The notes under the pieces were generated by a model. It had not been told where the DNA came from, searched no databases, and saw nothing but the letters and a program-made list of their open reading frames with translations. This document shows positions 1 to 9,959 of a stretch of DNA of 62,293 nt, piece by piece. A program made the translations under genes and the position numbers. Where the stretch lies: positions 1 to 62,293 of the forward strand of contig JBCNVF010000014.1 in assembly GCA_039630355.1 (NCBI GenBank), in the 5' to 3' direction. Origin of the DNA: Brevinematia bacterium. Lineage in GTDB: Bacteria > Spirochaetota > Brevinematia > DTOW01. Numbering within the stretch: position 1 is the stretch's first letter; each line of letters starts with the position of its first letter.

Positions 1-189
1 GTGCTTCCTATAGTGGAAGAAGCAGTAAGGATAAAGCCAAAGTGTATATGGTTACAGCTAGGAATTACAAATGAAAATGCCAAAAACATCGCAAAAGCAA
101 ATGACATCTTTTTCATTCAGAACAGGTGCATAAAGATAGAACACCAAAATCTAAAAAGGTTCAAGCCTAAACAGAGTGAGAAGTTTTAG
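1..189 (+). CDS. CoA-binding protein (YccU-like), 5' truncated by window edge
   Basis: C-terminal motif IWLQLGITNE...NRCIKIEH typical of small CoA-binding proteins. Confidence 0.75.
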   Translation: MLPIVEEAVRIKPKCIWLQLGITNENAKNIAKANDIFFIQNRCIKIEHQNLKRFKPKQSEKF

Positions 190-812
190 GTTATATATCC
201 AATGTGATCCAATATCACACCTCTAACTTTCTGATAAACATTTTCTAGATCTTCAGTTGCATTTATAACTACAACTTTTCTTATATGTTCGTGAGGGGTT
301 TGTAGAAAAGCTAAGTAATTTCTTCTAACCTTCTCAATAAAATCTACTCCTCTGCTCTCAATACCATCTTTGACCTTTATCCTGCCCAAAGATATTTCGG
401 AGGGGCAATCAAGGTAGAATAGAATGTCTATGTAGAAATCTCTAATAGAATGTTCTGTAAGATCAACAAGTATTCTGCAAGTTTCTTCATCCTCAACATT
501 CATCACCTGGTATGCATAAGTTGAGACAAAAGATCTATCCATAAGTATTATTTTATTTTCCCTGCTGTATGGAATTACATAGTTTCTTAGTAACCACATC
601 CTATCTGCTGTGAAAAGAAGTAGCTGTTCGGGTATACTAAGTTTAAATCTTTCAAGGGTTAGAATATCCTTTAGATGTTTTCCTAGTTCAGTGGGACTTG
701 GTTCTGAAAACCAAAATACTTCTCCTGGAAACACTTGACTGATTTCGTTAAAAATCATATTTGAGATCGTAGTTTTACCACTTCCGTCTATTCCTTCAAA
801 GACTATAACCAT
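186..812 (-). CDS. tmk: Thymidylate kinase
   Basis: FEGIDGSGKTT P-loop, EP motif, LLFTADR and MDRSFVSTYAYQ motifs. Confidence 0.93.
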   Translation of the reverse strand: MVIVFEGIDGSGKTTISNMIFNEISQVFPGEVFWFSEPSPTELGKHLKDILTLERFKLSIPEQLLLFTADRMWLLRNYVIPYSRENKIILMDRSFVSTYAYQVMNVEDEETCRILVDLTEHSIRDFYIDILFYLDCPSEISLGRIKVKDGIESRGVDFIEKVRRNYLAFLQTPHEHIRKVVVINATEDLENVYQKVRGVILDHIGYIT

Positions 813-813
813 T

Positions 814-1056
814 TTAATCTTCCAAAACCCTTTTTAGTAGCTTCTCCACTCTTTTTTTATCTTCAACGCTCAGGCACCTGTTTATGTTGTCTACGACAAA
901 ATCCACACCGGCGCTCTTAAGGGCATTGTAAGCAGCCTTAAACTGCTGAAAAACCGACTGACAGTCATCACCTTCTTCTATCATTCTGATAATACCGTCA
1001 ATTTGCCCTTTTACCCTGTTTAGCCTGAATATCAGATTTTTTTTCACATCGTCCAT
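814..1056 (-). CDS. CsoR/RcnR/CstR family transcriptional repressor
   Basis: RLNRVKGQIDGIIRMIEEGDDC..VFQQ.KA...AL; two Cys, with Asn at the His position. Confidence 0.88.
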   Translation of the reverse strand: MDDVKKNLIFRLNRVKGQIDGIIRMIEEGDDCQSVFQQFKAAYNALKSAGVDFVVDNINRCLSVEDKKRVEKLLKRVLED

Positions 1057-1057
1057 A

Positions 1058-2278
1058 CTACTTCCCCCATATTAACTTTATTTCAACACGCCTGTTTTTA
1101 GCACGGTTTTCTGGTGAATTATTCGGGACCTTAGGTTTTTTCTCGCCGTAGCCTATATAAGATACCTTACTGGGATCTACACCAAGCTCTACCAGAATCT
1201 TTGCTACCTCTCTAGCCCTAGCTTCAGAAAGTTCTAGGTTATACTTCTCACTACCTATATCATCCGTGTGTCCCTCAACAATGATATCCAACTCCTTATA
1301 ATTTTTCAAGCTGATAGCAAAGTTAGATAATACCGATACAAATTCCTGTTTGACTTTATAGCTGTTAAAGTCAAACACGATATCTTGCACCGACACATTT
1401 ATTTCACTTTCACCCTTTGTTATCTCTACACTCTCCTGATTCTTAAAAACATTCGTCAAACTTGAAAGTATTTCTTTCTCTTTTTCTCTTTCCAGTTTTC
1501 TTATAACTTCAAGTGTTCCCTCAGAGGTCCCTGAATATACCACTGATACTCCATTGTTGTATATAGCGTTGAAGAAGTAACTTTCTCTCATAAACAAGGG
1601 TTTACCCTCAGAGATATTCCAATAATACTTGGTTTCTGATGAGCCAGCAAGGTATCTTACAACTTTTGCTCTATCAAATGCATTTGCAAAACCGTATTTT
1701 ATATCTAGCACGGCTACTTGGTAGTTGTCAATGTTGGTAATCTCGGAGAATTTGTAATGAACCTTGAATGTAACTTCAACAACGTCATATATCTCCGCAA
1801 ATCCTATCTTATGAACTTCTTTTCCTTGGTATGTCCACTCCTCTCCGAGATCTATGTTTCTCTTCACGAAAACCGGCACATCTCTAGTCACAGGCATTAG
1901 ATGCTCTTTAGAAATCACCATCCTTCCACTTTCCTCAAGGAGATATTTACTCAAAAAAGTCTCTTCTAGCTTGAATTCTCTATCATACAAATAGTCCTTA
2001 GAAAAAACGTAGAATTTCCCTTCTATACCGTAGTACCTCTTTCCTCCAGAGATAGACTCACTTTTAACATCAATTGATGCCTTATTAAGTATTTCTACAT
2101 ACTTAACGAAGGAGTTGTTTGTATATATATTTTGCTTTACAAAACTTTTCACCCTAAGTATCTCGTTAGTGCTAAGTTTCCAACTAAATTCCCATCCATG
2201 TATGCAGAAGACTGGAAACAGAAGGAAAACAAAAATAATGATAGGTTCTTTTTTCATAAAGAACAATAACCCTTTCAT
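1058..2278 (-). CDS. OmpA/MotB-family peptidoglycan-binding protein with long N-terminal region
   Basis: C-terminal FDFNS...IVEGHTDDIGSEKYNLELSEARA...GYGEKKP...NRRVEI; N-terminal signal-like hydrophobic stretch. Confidence 0.85.
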   Translation of the reverse strand: MKGLLFFMKKEPIIIFVFLLFPVFCIHGWEFSWKLSTNEILRVKSFVKQNIYTNNSFVKYVEILNKASIDVKSESISGGKRYYGIEGKFYVFSKDYLYDREFKLEETFLSKYLLEESGRMVISKEHLMPVTRDVPVFVKRNIDLGEEWTYQGKEVHKIGFAEIYDVVEVTFKVHYKFSEITNIDNYQVAVLDIKYGFANAFDRAKVVRYLAGSSETKYYWNISEGKPLFMRESYFFNAIYNNGVSVVYSGTSEGTLEVIRKLEREKEKEILSSLTNVFKNQESVEITKGESEINVSVQDIVFDFNSYKVKQEFVSVLSNFAISLKNYKELDIIVEGHTDDIGSEKYNLELSEARAREVAKILVELGVDPSKVSYIGYGEKKPKVPNNSPENRAKNRRVEIKLIWGK

Positions 2279-2342
2279 TCAGCAAGAATGATAATTCTCA
2301 CATCGGTGGGATTTCAATTTCTATTTTGCAAGGAACTTTGGA

Positions 2343-2553
2343 TTATAGGTCTTAATTTCTATTGGATGAGCTGATAAAGTTCTCAGTTTCCTACCTATTT
2401 ACCATACTGGTTCTGGGTAATATTTTCCAATTTGGAATGTTATCTTAGGTTGAGTTTTCTATTGATGAAAATGACGAAGAATTTTGAGAAAATATTCTCT
2501 CATACTCTTGAGAGAGGAAGACTACACCCAATTGTGAATTTTAGACTTTATTA
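2343..2553 (+). mobile_element. Decayed full-length copy (E) of the ~210-bp TIR element
   Basis: Left end TTAATTTCTATTGGATGAG resembles CCAATTTCCATTAGATGAG of copy B; right end GAAGACTACACCCAATTGTGAATTTTAGACTTTATTA resembles copies C and D; length 211 bp. Confidence 0.55.
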
Positions 2554-2621
2554 ACCCTTTAAGCTTTTATTTGTAAGACAGAGGGCATTTTGCTTATTAT
2601 ACGAATAGCGGAATAGGTGTT

Positions 2622-3959
2622 ATGAAGTTTGTTAAGACTTTAGTTTTAACTTTGGTTTTGCTTTCCTTATTAGCAGTTTATGTCTTTGGAGACGGGCCTA
2701 TGGGACTAGATTTAGAGGAGTTTTATTTAGACAATGGTTTGAAGGTTATACTTGTGAAGAGGGATGTATTGCCTGTTGTTTCCATCCAATTGTGGTATAA
2801 GGTTGGAGCAGGGTTAGAAGTAGATGGTAAGTCTGGAATAGCACACTTTCTTGAGCATATGGCTTTTAAGGGGACAAAAAATCTAAAGCCTGGTGAGTTT
2901 TCAAGAATAATAAGATCATTAGGAGGCGAAGATAATGCAGCTACTTCGTGGGACTACACGATGTACTACGTTGATATCCCTTCAAAGCATACTGTTAGGA
3001 TCTTGCGTATGCTTAAGGAGATAATGTTTGATGTTGTGTTTGACGAAAGGGAATTTCAGAGCGAGAAAAAGGTCATTCTAGAGGAAAGAAGGATGAGGTA
3101 TGAGGATGATCCATTTGGGCAATTTTTTGAGGATTTCCTTGGTAATTCTTTTAGAAAGATAAGCTACCGTCGTCCTGTAATAGGCTGGGAGGAAGATATA
3201 AGAAACCTGACGTTGCAAGACTTAATCAGTTTCTATAACACTTTTTACTCACCAAAGAATGCAGTATTAATTGTTGTTGGTAACATTGAGAAGGATATAC
3301 TGAAAAAAGAGATTCGTGAGATCTTTAATGAGTCCTCTAAGAACTTTTCGCAAAAAGAAGCCGAGGTTGAAAAAGTAGATGAGTTTGGAAGTGGCAAGGT
3401 AGAGTTCAAAACAATAAGAAAGGATGCTAATTCTAAATCTGTCATTGTCGGTTTTAGGACACAGTCTTATAGAGCTTCACCGAAGGAAGCTGTAACGTTT
3501 GAAGTTCTTTCGTACATCCTTGCAGATGGTAGGAAGTCGAAACTGTATAAAGATCTCGTGGTTAATAAAAAACTTGCATCTAGTGTGAATGGTGGAACAA
3601 TGATGGGTAAGTATCCTTTCCTAACATACTTTTTTCTTGTCCTAAATCCTGATGTTGAAGTAGAGAGAGCGAAAAAGGAACTTCTGGAGTCACTCAACTT
3701 AGCAGTCAAAGGAGGAATAACTGATGATGAGATAATTACTGCAAAGAAGAAGATAAAGGCTCGTATGGTGTATGAGTTTGAAAAAAACCATGGCATCGCA
3801 TCTTCACTAGGCTGGAGTGAGGTTGTGTTAGGAAACTACAAAGAATTAGAAAAATTTATGACCATTGTTGATGAGATAACCAAAGAGGATATTATTAAAG
3901 CTTTTGAGAAATACTTTTCCGAGAATAATCTGATAATAGGATCTCTTGAAAGTTCATAA
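2622..3959 (+). CDS. M16 family (pitrilysin-like) zinc peptidase, exported
   Basis: Inverted zincin HFLEH in GIAHFLEHMAFKGT, NAATSWDYTMYY; signal peptide. Confidence 0.92.
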   Translation: MKFVKTLVLTLVLLSLLAVYVFGDGPMGLDLEEFYLDNGLKVILVKRDVLPVVSIQLWYKVGAGLEVDGKSGIAHFLEHMAFKGTKNLKPGEFSRIIRSLGGEDNAATSWDYTMYYVDIPSKHTVRILRMLKEIMFDVVFDEREFQSEKKVILEERRMRYEDDPFGQFFEDFLGNSFRKISYRRPVIGWEEDIRNLTLQDLISFYNTFYSPKNAVLIVVGNIEKDILKKEIREIFNESSKNFSQKEAEVEKVDEFGSGKVEFKTIRKDANSKSVIVGFRTQSYRASPKEAVTFEVLSYILADGRKSKLYKDLVVNKKLASSVNGGTMMGKYPFLTYFFLVLNPDVEVERAKKELLESLNLAVKGGITDDEIITAKKKIKARMVYEFEKNHGIASSLGWSEVVLGNYKELEKFMTIVDEITKEDIIKAFEKYFSENNLIIGSLESS

Positions 3960-4011
3960 GTTGCTTTTTCTCGCAAAGTGAGAGTAAGCCTAGGAGTCTA
4001 GATACGCATAG

Positions 4012-4944
4012 TTACTCGTAATAACTTATGATGGACGCTATTTTCTCTAGTTCTGGAACAAAGATAAAGATTTTGTTTTTGTTTTTCAGATAGACTTTGA
4101 GCTCCCGGAAGACTTTTGAAACCTCTTTGAACCTGAAGGTTAGCATAAACAGGGGGATAGAAGCAATGTCCTTAAATATTGTCCACAGGGGTTTTTTTGA
4201 GAGGAAATACTTAAAGGTTGGTTCGGACTTTTCAGGCTCGGATACGCTTGTTGAGATTTCAAGATCGGCTATTTTATCAACCACAAAATCTCTTTCCTCA
4301 GCGGATACTATTATGCACCCACTGCTCCATGCTCTTATTCCGAACTCAACAAGTGAAATAGCAGTAGGCAGTTCTGGTAGAAACCCTCCTATTGAGTTAA
4401 AAAGATTCTTGTTGTATATGCCAAGAAAATTGTTGGGAGTTAGACTTGCTGGATTTTTAGCATTCTCTAAGATAACCCATTCAAGTCTATCTTTCATAAC
4501 TCCTAGTTTGACTGTCTCTCTGATTCTTTTGCCTTGGTAGGATATTGTGGGAGTAATACAGAGAAGTGTTGGTTCAGATGAGAACAAACCTCTTATACCT
4601 TTAGTGTTCACCACAGAAGGTCTGTAATTTACACTCATTACCAAAACAAGCGGTGCACTGGCAGATGATATTGCAGTGTTCACTGCCTCAACTATTGATA
4701 TGTTATCGCTAGGTATTATGATTCTCGCTTTGTTAAGAATGTCACTGACATCCGAGATTTCAGTTGTAGAAGTATCTACATACATTATCTCTATATTAGA
4801 TATGCTTCCGAAGAAAGAAACAATGTCATTCACTCTGTTTCTAAATGCGTATAAGCTCTTTCTGCCGATGTATGCTATGGTGAGGGAGTACTTTTTTAAA
4901 TGCTGTTTGTCAACTCTGTTTGTCACATCAACGAAGTTTGGCAT
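4012..4944 (-). CDS. Divergent GT2 glycosyltransferase-like protein
   Basis: GT-A-like order (IEIMYVD..., AVNTAISSAS.PLVLVM, FNSIGGF...VEFGIRAWSSG); the DxD motif is not recognisable. Confidence 0.5.
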   Translation of the reverse strand: MPNFVDVTNRVDKQHLKKYSLTIAYIGRKSLYAFRNRVNDIVSFFGSISNIEIMYVDTSTTEISDVSDILNKARIIIPSDNISIVEAVNTAISSASAPLVLVMSVNYRPSVVNTKGIRGLFSSEPTLLCITPTISYQGKRIRETVKLGVMKDRLEWVILENAKNPASLTPNNFLGIYNKNLFNSIGGFLPELPTAISLVEFGIRAWSSGCIIVSAEERDFVVDKIADLEISTSVSEPEKSEPTFKYFLSKKPLWTIFKDIASIPLFMLTFRFKEVSKVFRELKVYLKNKNKIFIFVPELEKIASIISYYE

Positions 4945-4958
4945 AGTGCTTAAGAAAA

Positions 4959-4986
4959 TTTTCGGATAACCCTAAAAACTTCTAAA
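4959..4986 (-). promoter_or_regulatory. Candidate sigma28-like promoter TTTAG-N15-TCCGAAAA
   Basis: Ends 14 nt before the ATG at 4944; identical motif at 42913-42940. Confidence 0.4.
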
Positions 4987-5032
4987 ACTCATCAAACTGC
5001 CACCGAATTTTCGCTTTCGTTTTATCAACTGG

Positions 5033-7657
5033 TTAACTGTAATAGTTTGTTAGAAGTCTGATAACCTCGTTTTTGATTTCCGCAAGGTTACTTTCCTTTG
5101 CTATTCCGCCTCTTATGAAGTCCTTTCTTCCACCACCTCTCACTCCAACTTTTTCTAGTTCCTTCACTATATTTCTCAGATCCAATTCGTTGACGTTTGT
5201 TCCACAAACAAAACTGATATTCTTTTCACTTTCAGCAGATAGAAATATCACAACGTTTTCAATTTTTTCCTTAACCTTATCCACAACTGCTCCTAAAGAA
5301 CTAGCGTCAGCATCACCAAAGTGTTGAAAAACAAGTTTATATTTCCCTATTTCCTCAATATCTCTGCTGAGGTCTTCTAAGGCTATTTGCTTTCCAGAAT
5401 GAATCTTTGATCTTTCTAACTCTTTTATTCTTTTTATTAAACCTTCCACTCTCTGAGGTATATTTTCCACCCTAACCCCAAGTTGTTTAGAAACAGCTTC
5501 AGCAACTTCGTAATACTTTCTGAACTCTTCCAATGAAGATTTACCTGCAACTGCCTCTATTCTCCTTACACCTGAAGCTATTGCTTTTTCGTCTATTATC
5601 TTTATCAGTCCTATATCACCAGTTCTGTTTACATGTGTTCCTCCACAAAACTCTTTTGAAAAGCCTGGTATCTCAACAACTCTGACAATATCTCCGTATT
5701 TATCTCCAAAAAACGCAAGAGCTCCACTTTTTAGCGCTTCACTTTTCGGTAAATACTTCTTCACAACTTCTATGTTCCTGAGAACAATCTCGTTTGCCTC
5801 ATCCTCAACTTTTTTTATATCCTCTGGTGTAAGGCCAGAGTAATGCGAAAAGTCAAACCTTAACCTATTAGGTTCAACCAACGAACCAGCTTGAGCTACA
5901 TGATCACCAAGTATCTTTCTTAGCGAGAAATGAAGTATATGGGTAGCAGTATGATGTTTAGCAATGCTTTGTTTTCTGTTTACATCTACTGTCATCTTAA
6001 TTTTATCACCTACCTTGAAGCTACCCTTGCTAACTCTGACTATGTGTAGGTAGACATCATTCTCTTTAAGAGTATCCAGAACGAAGATAGTATTCTCATC
6101 AGAGAAGATCATCCCTATATCACCTACTTGACCGCCTCCTTCTCCATAAAACGGAGTTTCTTCGGAAATTAAAACTCCAATCTCACCCTCGCTAAGCAGT
6201 TCCCTTTTGGAGAAGCTCTCGCCTTCCCTTACGTAGATTCCCTTTATTCTAGATTCGTATTCAAAGTAATCTTCTCCAACATACTTTGTTACTGTTTCCT
6301 GCTTAACAATAGGTGAGAAATCAAATTTTTCTTCCTTCTTCCAGCTAAGTTTACCTCTTTGTCTTTGTTCTTCCATAAGTTCATTGAATTTTGCCCAGTC
6401 AATTCTAATTCTTTCGTCCTCGCAAACATCTTCAATTACATCTAGAGGTATTCCCATTGAGTCATATAACTTGAAAACTTCCTCTCCAGGTAAAACATCT
6501 CTTCCAAGCTCTCTTACCTTTACAATGATTTCCGAAAGGTATTTGACACCCTTACTTAGGTTTTTGAAGTATCTTTCTTCTTCAAGTTTTATTACTTTCT
6601 TCACTGCTTCCTTTTTGTCTATTATCTCAGGGTAAGTTTTGCCCATAGCTTCAACAACCCCATCAATGACCTTATAAACTATAGGTTGTTCTATTCCTAT
6701 TTTACTTGCATACCTTAGTGCCCTTCTCAGGATCCTTCTTATGACATATCCTCTGCCTTCGTTTGATGGATATATTCCTTCTGCTCCTACAAAAGTTATT
6801 GCTCTTGCGTGATCTGCTATTACGTTTATTGCGAAAATGTTGTCCTTCTCATACTTCTTATTGGTTTCTTCGCATATCTTTTTTATTATAGGTTTGAAGA
6901 TATCAGTTTCGTAAACACTCTTTTTCTCTTGTAATATCATAGCTAATCTTTCCAGTCCCATTCCTGTGTCTATTCCCTTAAACTCTAGCTCGGTTCTATT
7001 ACCACTTCTGTCTTGGTAGTATTGCATAAAGACAAGGTTCCAGAATTCCAGAAATCCTTCGCAGTTCTCGGGAGATCTACAGCTATCTTTATCGTATCCC
7101 CACCTATCTCTAAGGTCAATGTAGATTTCGGAGCAAGGTCCGCAAGGACCTTCGTCCCCTGGTGGTCCCCAGAAGTTATCCTTCTCGCCAAATCTTACAA
7201 TTCTACTAGAATCAATTCCTATACGCTTGTTCCATATCTCAAATGCCTCATTATCGTCTTTATAGATACTTACATAGAGAAGGTCTTTGTCAATCTCAAC
7301 CACCTGTGTCACAAACTCCCATGCAAATTCTATTGCCTCTTTCTTGAAATAATCGCCAAAGGAGAAGTTACCAAGCATTTCAAAGAAGGTGTGATGTCTA
7401 GGGGTTTTACCAACATTTTCAAGATCGCTAGCTTTCCCACCAGCTCTAAGACATTTCTGAACCGATGTTGCTCTGCTAAAAGGTGGCATTTTCTCTCTTA
7501 GAAAGTATGGTTTGAATTGAACCATACCTGCTGTGGTAAATAGAAGCGTAGGATCATCTGCAGGTATAAGTGGACTGCTCTCAACTACTTTGTGTCCTTT
7601 GCTTTCAAAAAATTCCAAAAATACTTTTCTTATTTCAGTGCTTGACAAGCTCTTCAT
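5033..7657 (-). CDS. alaS: Alanine--tRNA ligase
   Basis: DPTLLFTTAGMVQFK, RHHTFFEMLGNFSFGDYFK, HHTATH, FCGGTHV editing motifs, GGGRKD C-terminus. Confidence 0.98.
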   Translation of the reverse strand: MKSLSSTEIRKVFLEFFESKGHKVVESSPLIPADDPTLLFTTAGMVQFKPYFLREKMPPFSRATSVQKCLRAGGKASDLENVGKTPRHHTFFEMLGNFSFGDYFKKEAIEFAWEFVTQVVEIDKDLLYVSIYKDDNEAFEIWNKRIGIDSSRIVRFGEKDNFWGPPGDEGPCGPCSEIYIDLRDRWGYDKDSCRSPENCEGFLEFWNLVFMQYYQDRSGNRTELEFKGIDTGMGLERLAMILQEKKSVYETDIFKPIIKKICEETNKKYEKDNIFAINVIADHARAITFVGAEGIYPSNEGRGYVIRRILRRALRYASKIGIEQPIVYKVIDGVVEAMGKTYPEIIDKKEAVKKVIKLEEERYFKNLSKGVKYLSEIIVKVRELGRDVLPGEEVFKLYDSMGIPLDVIEDVCEDERIRIDWAKFNELMEEQRQRGKLSWKKEEKFDFSPIVKQETVTKYVGEDYFEYESRIKGIYVREGESFSKRELLSEGEIGVLISEETPFYGEGGGQVGDIGMIFSDENTIFVLDTLKENDVYLHIVRVSKGSFKVGDKIKMTVDVNRKQSIAKHHTATHILHFSLRKILGDHVAQAGSLVEPNRLRFDFSHYSGLTPEDIKKVEDEANEIVLRNIEVVKKYLPKSEALKSGALAFFGDKYGDIVRVVEIPGFSKEFCGGTHVNRTGDIGLIKIIDEKAIASGVRRIEAVAGKSSLEEFRKYYEVAEAVSKQLGVRVENIPQRVEGLIKRIKELERSKIHSGKQIALEDLSRDIEEIGKYKLVFQHFGDADASSLGAVVDKVKEKIENVVIFLSAESEKNISFVCGTNVNELDLRNIVKELEKVGVRGGGRKDFIRGGIAKESNLAEIKNEVIRLLTNYYS

Positions 7658-7714
7658 ACCGAGATGAAATATAATTAATGGTAATAATCTATTTCAATCT
7701 AGAGTGAAAGTGTT

Positions 7715-7865
7715 CAATAAGGCTTAAGATTTTTCGGATGATCGTTAGTAATTTGGTTCAGATTATGACTTTGGTGTTTTTAGAATTGTTGAACCTTTTT
7801 CTAATGATGCAAGGGGTGGTAGCAGAACGCCGATGAACGGAAATGCTTAAAAAGCTAGTGTGGTA
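7715..7865 (-). mobile_element. Possible relic (F) of the TIR element
   Basis: CAATAAGGCTTAAGATTT at 7715 matches the end of copy C at 15/18; only one weak internal patch (GCTTAAAAAGCTAGTGTG) supports the rest. Confidence 0.3.
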
Positions 7866-7952
7866 TAGCACTTTCTGTTTTGGTAGCCTATGGTAGAAAC
7901 TTTAAGCTCTTGGAGAATTTTCATGGAGTAGTTATTTATAATTCATCAGAGT

Positions 7953-9959
7953 ATGCGCAAGAAGATACTGCAGGACTTCATAAATGAAGCAAATCTACGT
8001 AGTAAGGAAGCTAAGGAAGCTGAGGATTTGCTTGATAAGATTTTTAGCTTTTTAAACGATGAAGAGCTTTTTTATACCTTAAATCCCAGTATATCTTCAA
8101 TGTTTTCACCCTTTCTTTTTAGAGATATGTTTAAAAGTTGTGATAGGATAATTAAGGCCCTTAGTAACAATGAGAATATACTGATATTTGGTGATAGGGA
8201 TGCTGATGGAATTATTGGGACTTTTATACTTAAAAACTTTTTAGATGAGTTCAAGTTGCATTTTAACTCATCGTCAGAGGTGTTTTACGAAGTTCCTGAA
8301 GAGAATGAAGTCTATGGTATAGTTCCAGAGTGTGTTGAGAGCTATAGGGATAGGGTATCTTTGATAATCACGGTGGATAACGGAATATCTGCATTGGATG
8401 CTGCAAAGAGAGCTTCAGAGTTAGGTGTTGATATGATAATTACCGATCATCATCAGCCTTACGAAGATGGAATTTTAAAATTTGCTTTTTCTGTAATCAA
8501 TCCAAAGATGGAGGGGGTTGGTGTTTACCTTTCTGGAGCTGGGGTTGTATTTTTCCTAGTGTTAGGCTTGCTGATACTATACTTTTACAAAGGTATCAGG
8601 CTAAACTCAATATTCTTTTTTTCTGACACCTCCGAGTTTCTACTGTTGGAGATTGAAGACTTTGTATCCAAAGTGACTACGGTGGGTATGAATGAAATTT
8701 CTAATCTCATCTCTTCTAGGGAGAAGGAGAATTTTGTATTTATTGATGCTGAACACTTAAAGTCGGTTTCTGCACTTATTCCTAACCTACATAGCTTTGT
8801 TGGTAAGCACTTTTTGATTAACTGTATTGCCAAAGGTCTTGGTCTGGGTAAACAGGATTTTAGTGCTTTGTGTAATAAGTTTAGAGTAGCGGATTTCTGT
8901 GGACTTCCAGAGGTTTTGACCAAAGTGCTTTTTCTTATGCATATTCTAGGGAAGACTGAGATAAAAAAGTATCTTGATAGGTATCTTCCTCTGGTAGGTT
9001 TGACGGTTCTTTCGGATAGTATGCCGTTCCTTTCGTACAACAAATTTTTTGTGAGAGAGGCTACTGAGAGAATAAGTAAGGTTGACGTTGACAGTGTTCG
9101 TTTTATTGTGTCTTGTAGAGTTGGCAAGGATAGGGTGAGCGTCAATGATCTTGTGATGAAAGTGATTCCGTTTGTAAATTCTGCTGGGAGGATGGGTAGA
9201 GCGGGTAAAGTAGTAGAATTGCTCTTAGAGAAGGACTTGAAGGAAATAAAAAAGCTTTTCGGGGAGTTAGAGAAACTGGACTTCAAGAGAAAAGAGATTG
9301 CAACTAGGTTTATTTCTTCTATTTCCGAAAAGATTGGAAAAGAGAGTGTTTTTGTTGAACCTTCTCTTGAAAGAGGGGTAATAAGTCTTATTTCTACGAA
9401 AATTTCAAGTAAGGTTAATTTCCCAGTGGTTGTTATGAGTAATGGAGGTAATGGGGATGACTTTTTCGGGTCAGCTAGATTCAGAAAGGGAGATGTCTTC
9501 TCTATTATGAAGTCGTTATCACACTATTTCAAAAGCTTTGCTGGTCATAAGAGTGCGGTGGGATTTGTAATATCTAAAGAAAAGATTGATGATTTTATTA
9601 GAGATTTCCTCGCTATTGACTATACAAAGTTCTACGAGCAGGTATTACCCATTATGAGGATAAGAATTTTAGACTTTCACAGAAACTACGCTCGTCTTTT
9701 CTACTTAGTAGAACCATTAAATGAAGAACTTAGGCCTGTGTTTGAAGATGAGGTGGTATTGCTTGACTATAAGAAAGATTTCTTACCTGACTCGTATAGC
9801 GTTAAAATAGGTGATTTATGGTTTACCACAGTTTGCAATGAAGAAAAGGTAAGGTCATCGTTGTCAAAAAGTGTCAGAATACTCTACTCTTACGAGTTTA
9901 GATTTGACAATGAACTTCAGCAGGAGCTGTTTTGTCCGAAAATTTTGGAGATCAAGTAA
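7953..9959 (+). CDS. recJ: RecJ-like single-stranded DNA exonuclease (DHH/DHHA1) with a long insertion
   Basis: GDRDADG, ITVDNG, ITDHH, NSAGRMG, GSAR and AGHKSAVG motifs. Confidence 0.85.
   Translation: MRKKILQDFINEANLRSKEAKEAEDLLDKIFSFLNDEELFYTLNPSISSMFSPFLFRDMFKSCDRIIKALSNNENILIFGDRDADGIIGTFILKNFLDEFKLHFNSSSEVFYEVPEENEVYGIVPECVESYRDRVSLIITVDNGISALDAAKRASELGVDMIITDHHQPYEDGILKFAFSVINPKMEGVGVYLSGAGVVFFLVLGLLILYFYKGIRLNSIFFFSDTSEFLLLEIEDFVSKVTTVGMNEISNLISSREKENFVFIDAEHLKSVSALIPNLHSFVGKHFLINCIAKGLGLGKQDFSALCNKFRVADFCGLPEVLTKVLFLMHILGKTEIKKYLDRYLPLVGLTVLSDSMPFLSYNKFFVREATERISKVDVDSVRFIVSCRVGKDRVSVNDLVMKVIPFVNSAGRMGRAGKVVELLLEKDLKEIKKLFGELEKLDFKRKEIATRFISSISEKIGKESVFVEPSLERGVISLISTKISSKVNFPVVVMSNGGNGDDFFGSARFRKGDVFSIMKSLSHYFKSFAGHKSAVGFVISKEKIDDFIRDFLAIDYTKFYEQVLPIMRIRILDFHRNYARLFYLVEPLNEELRPVFEDEVVLLDYKKDFLPDSYSVKIGDLWFTTVCNEEKVRSSLSKSVRILYSYEFRFDNELQQELFCPKILEIK

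Noticed and set aside
7814-7825. T-box-like GGGTGGTAGCAG near alaS
   Set aside because: It is on the strand opposite to alaS, and no antiterminator or terminator structure follows.
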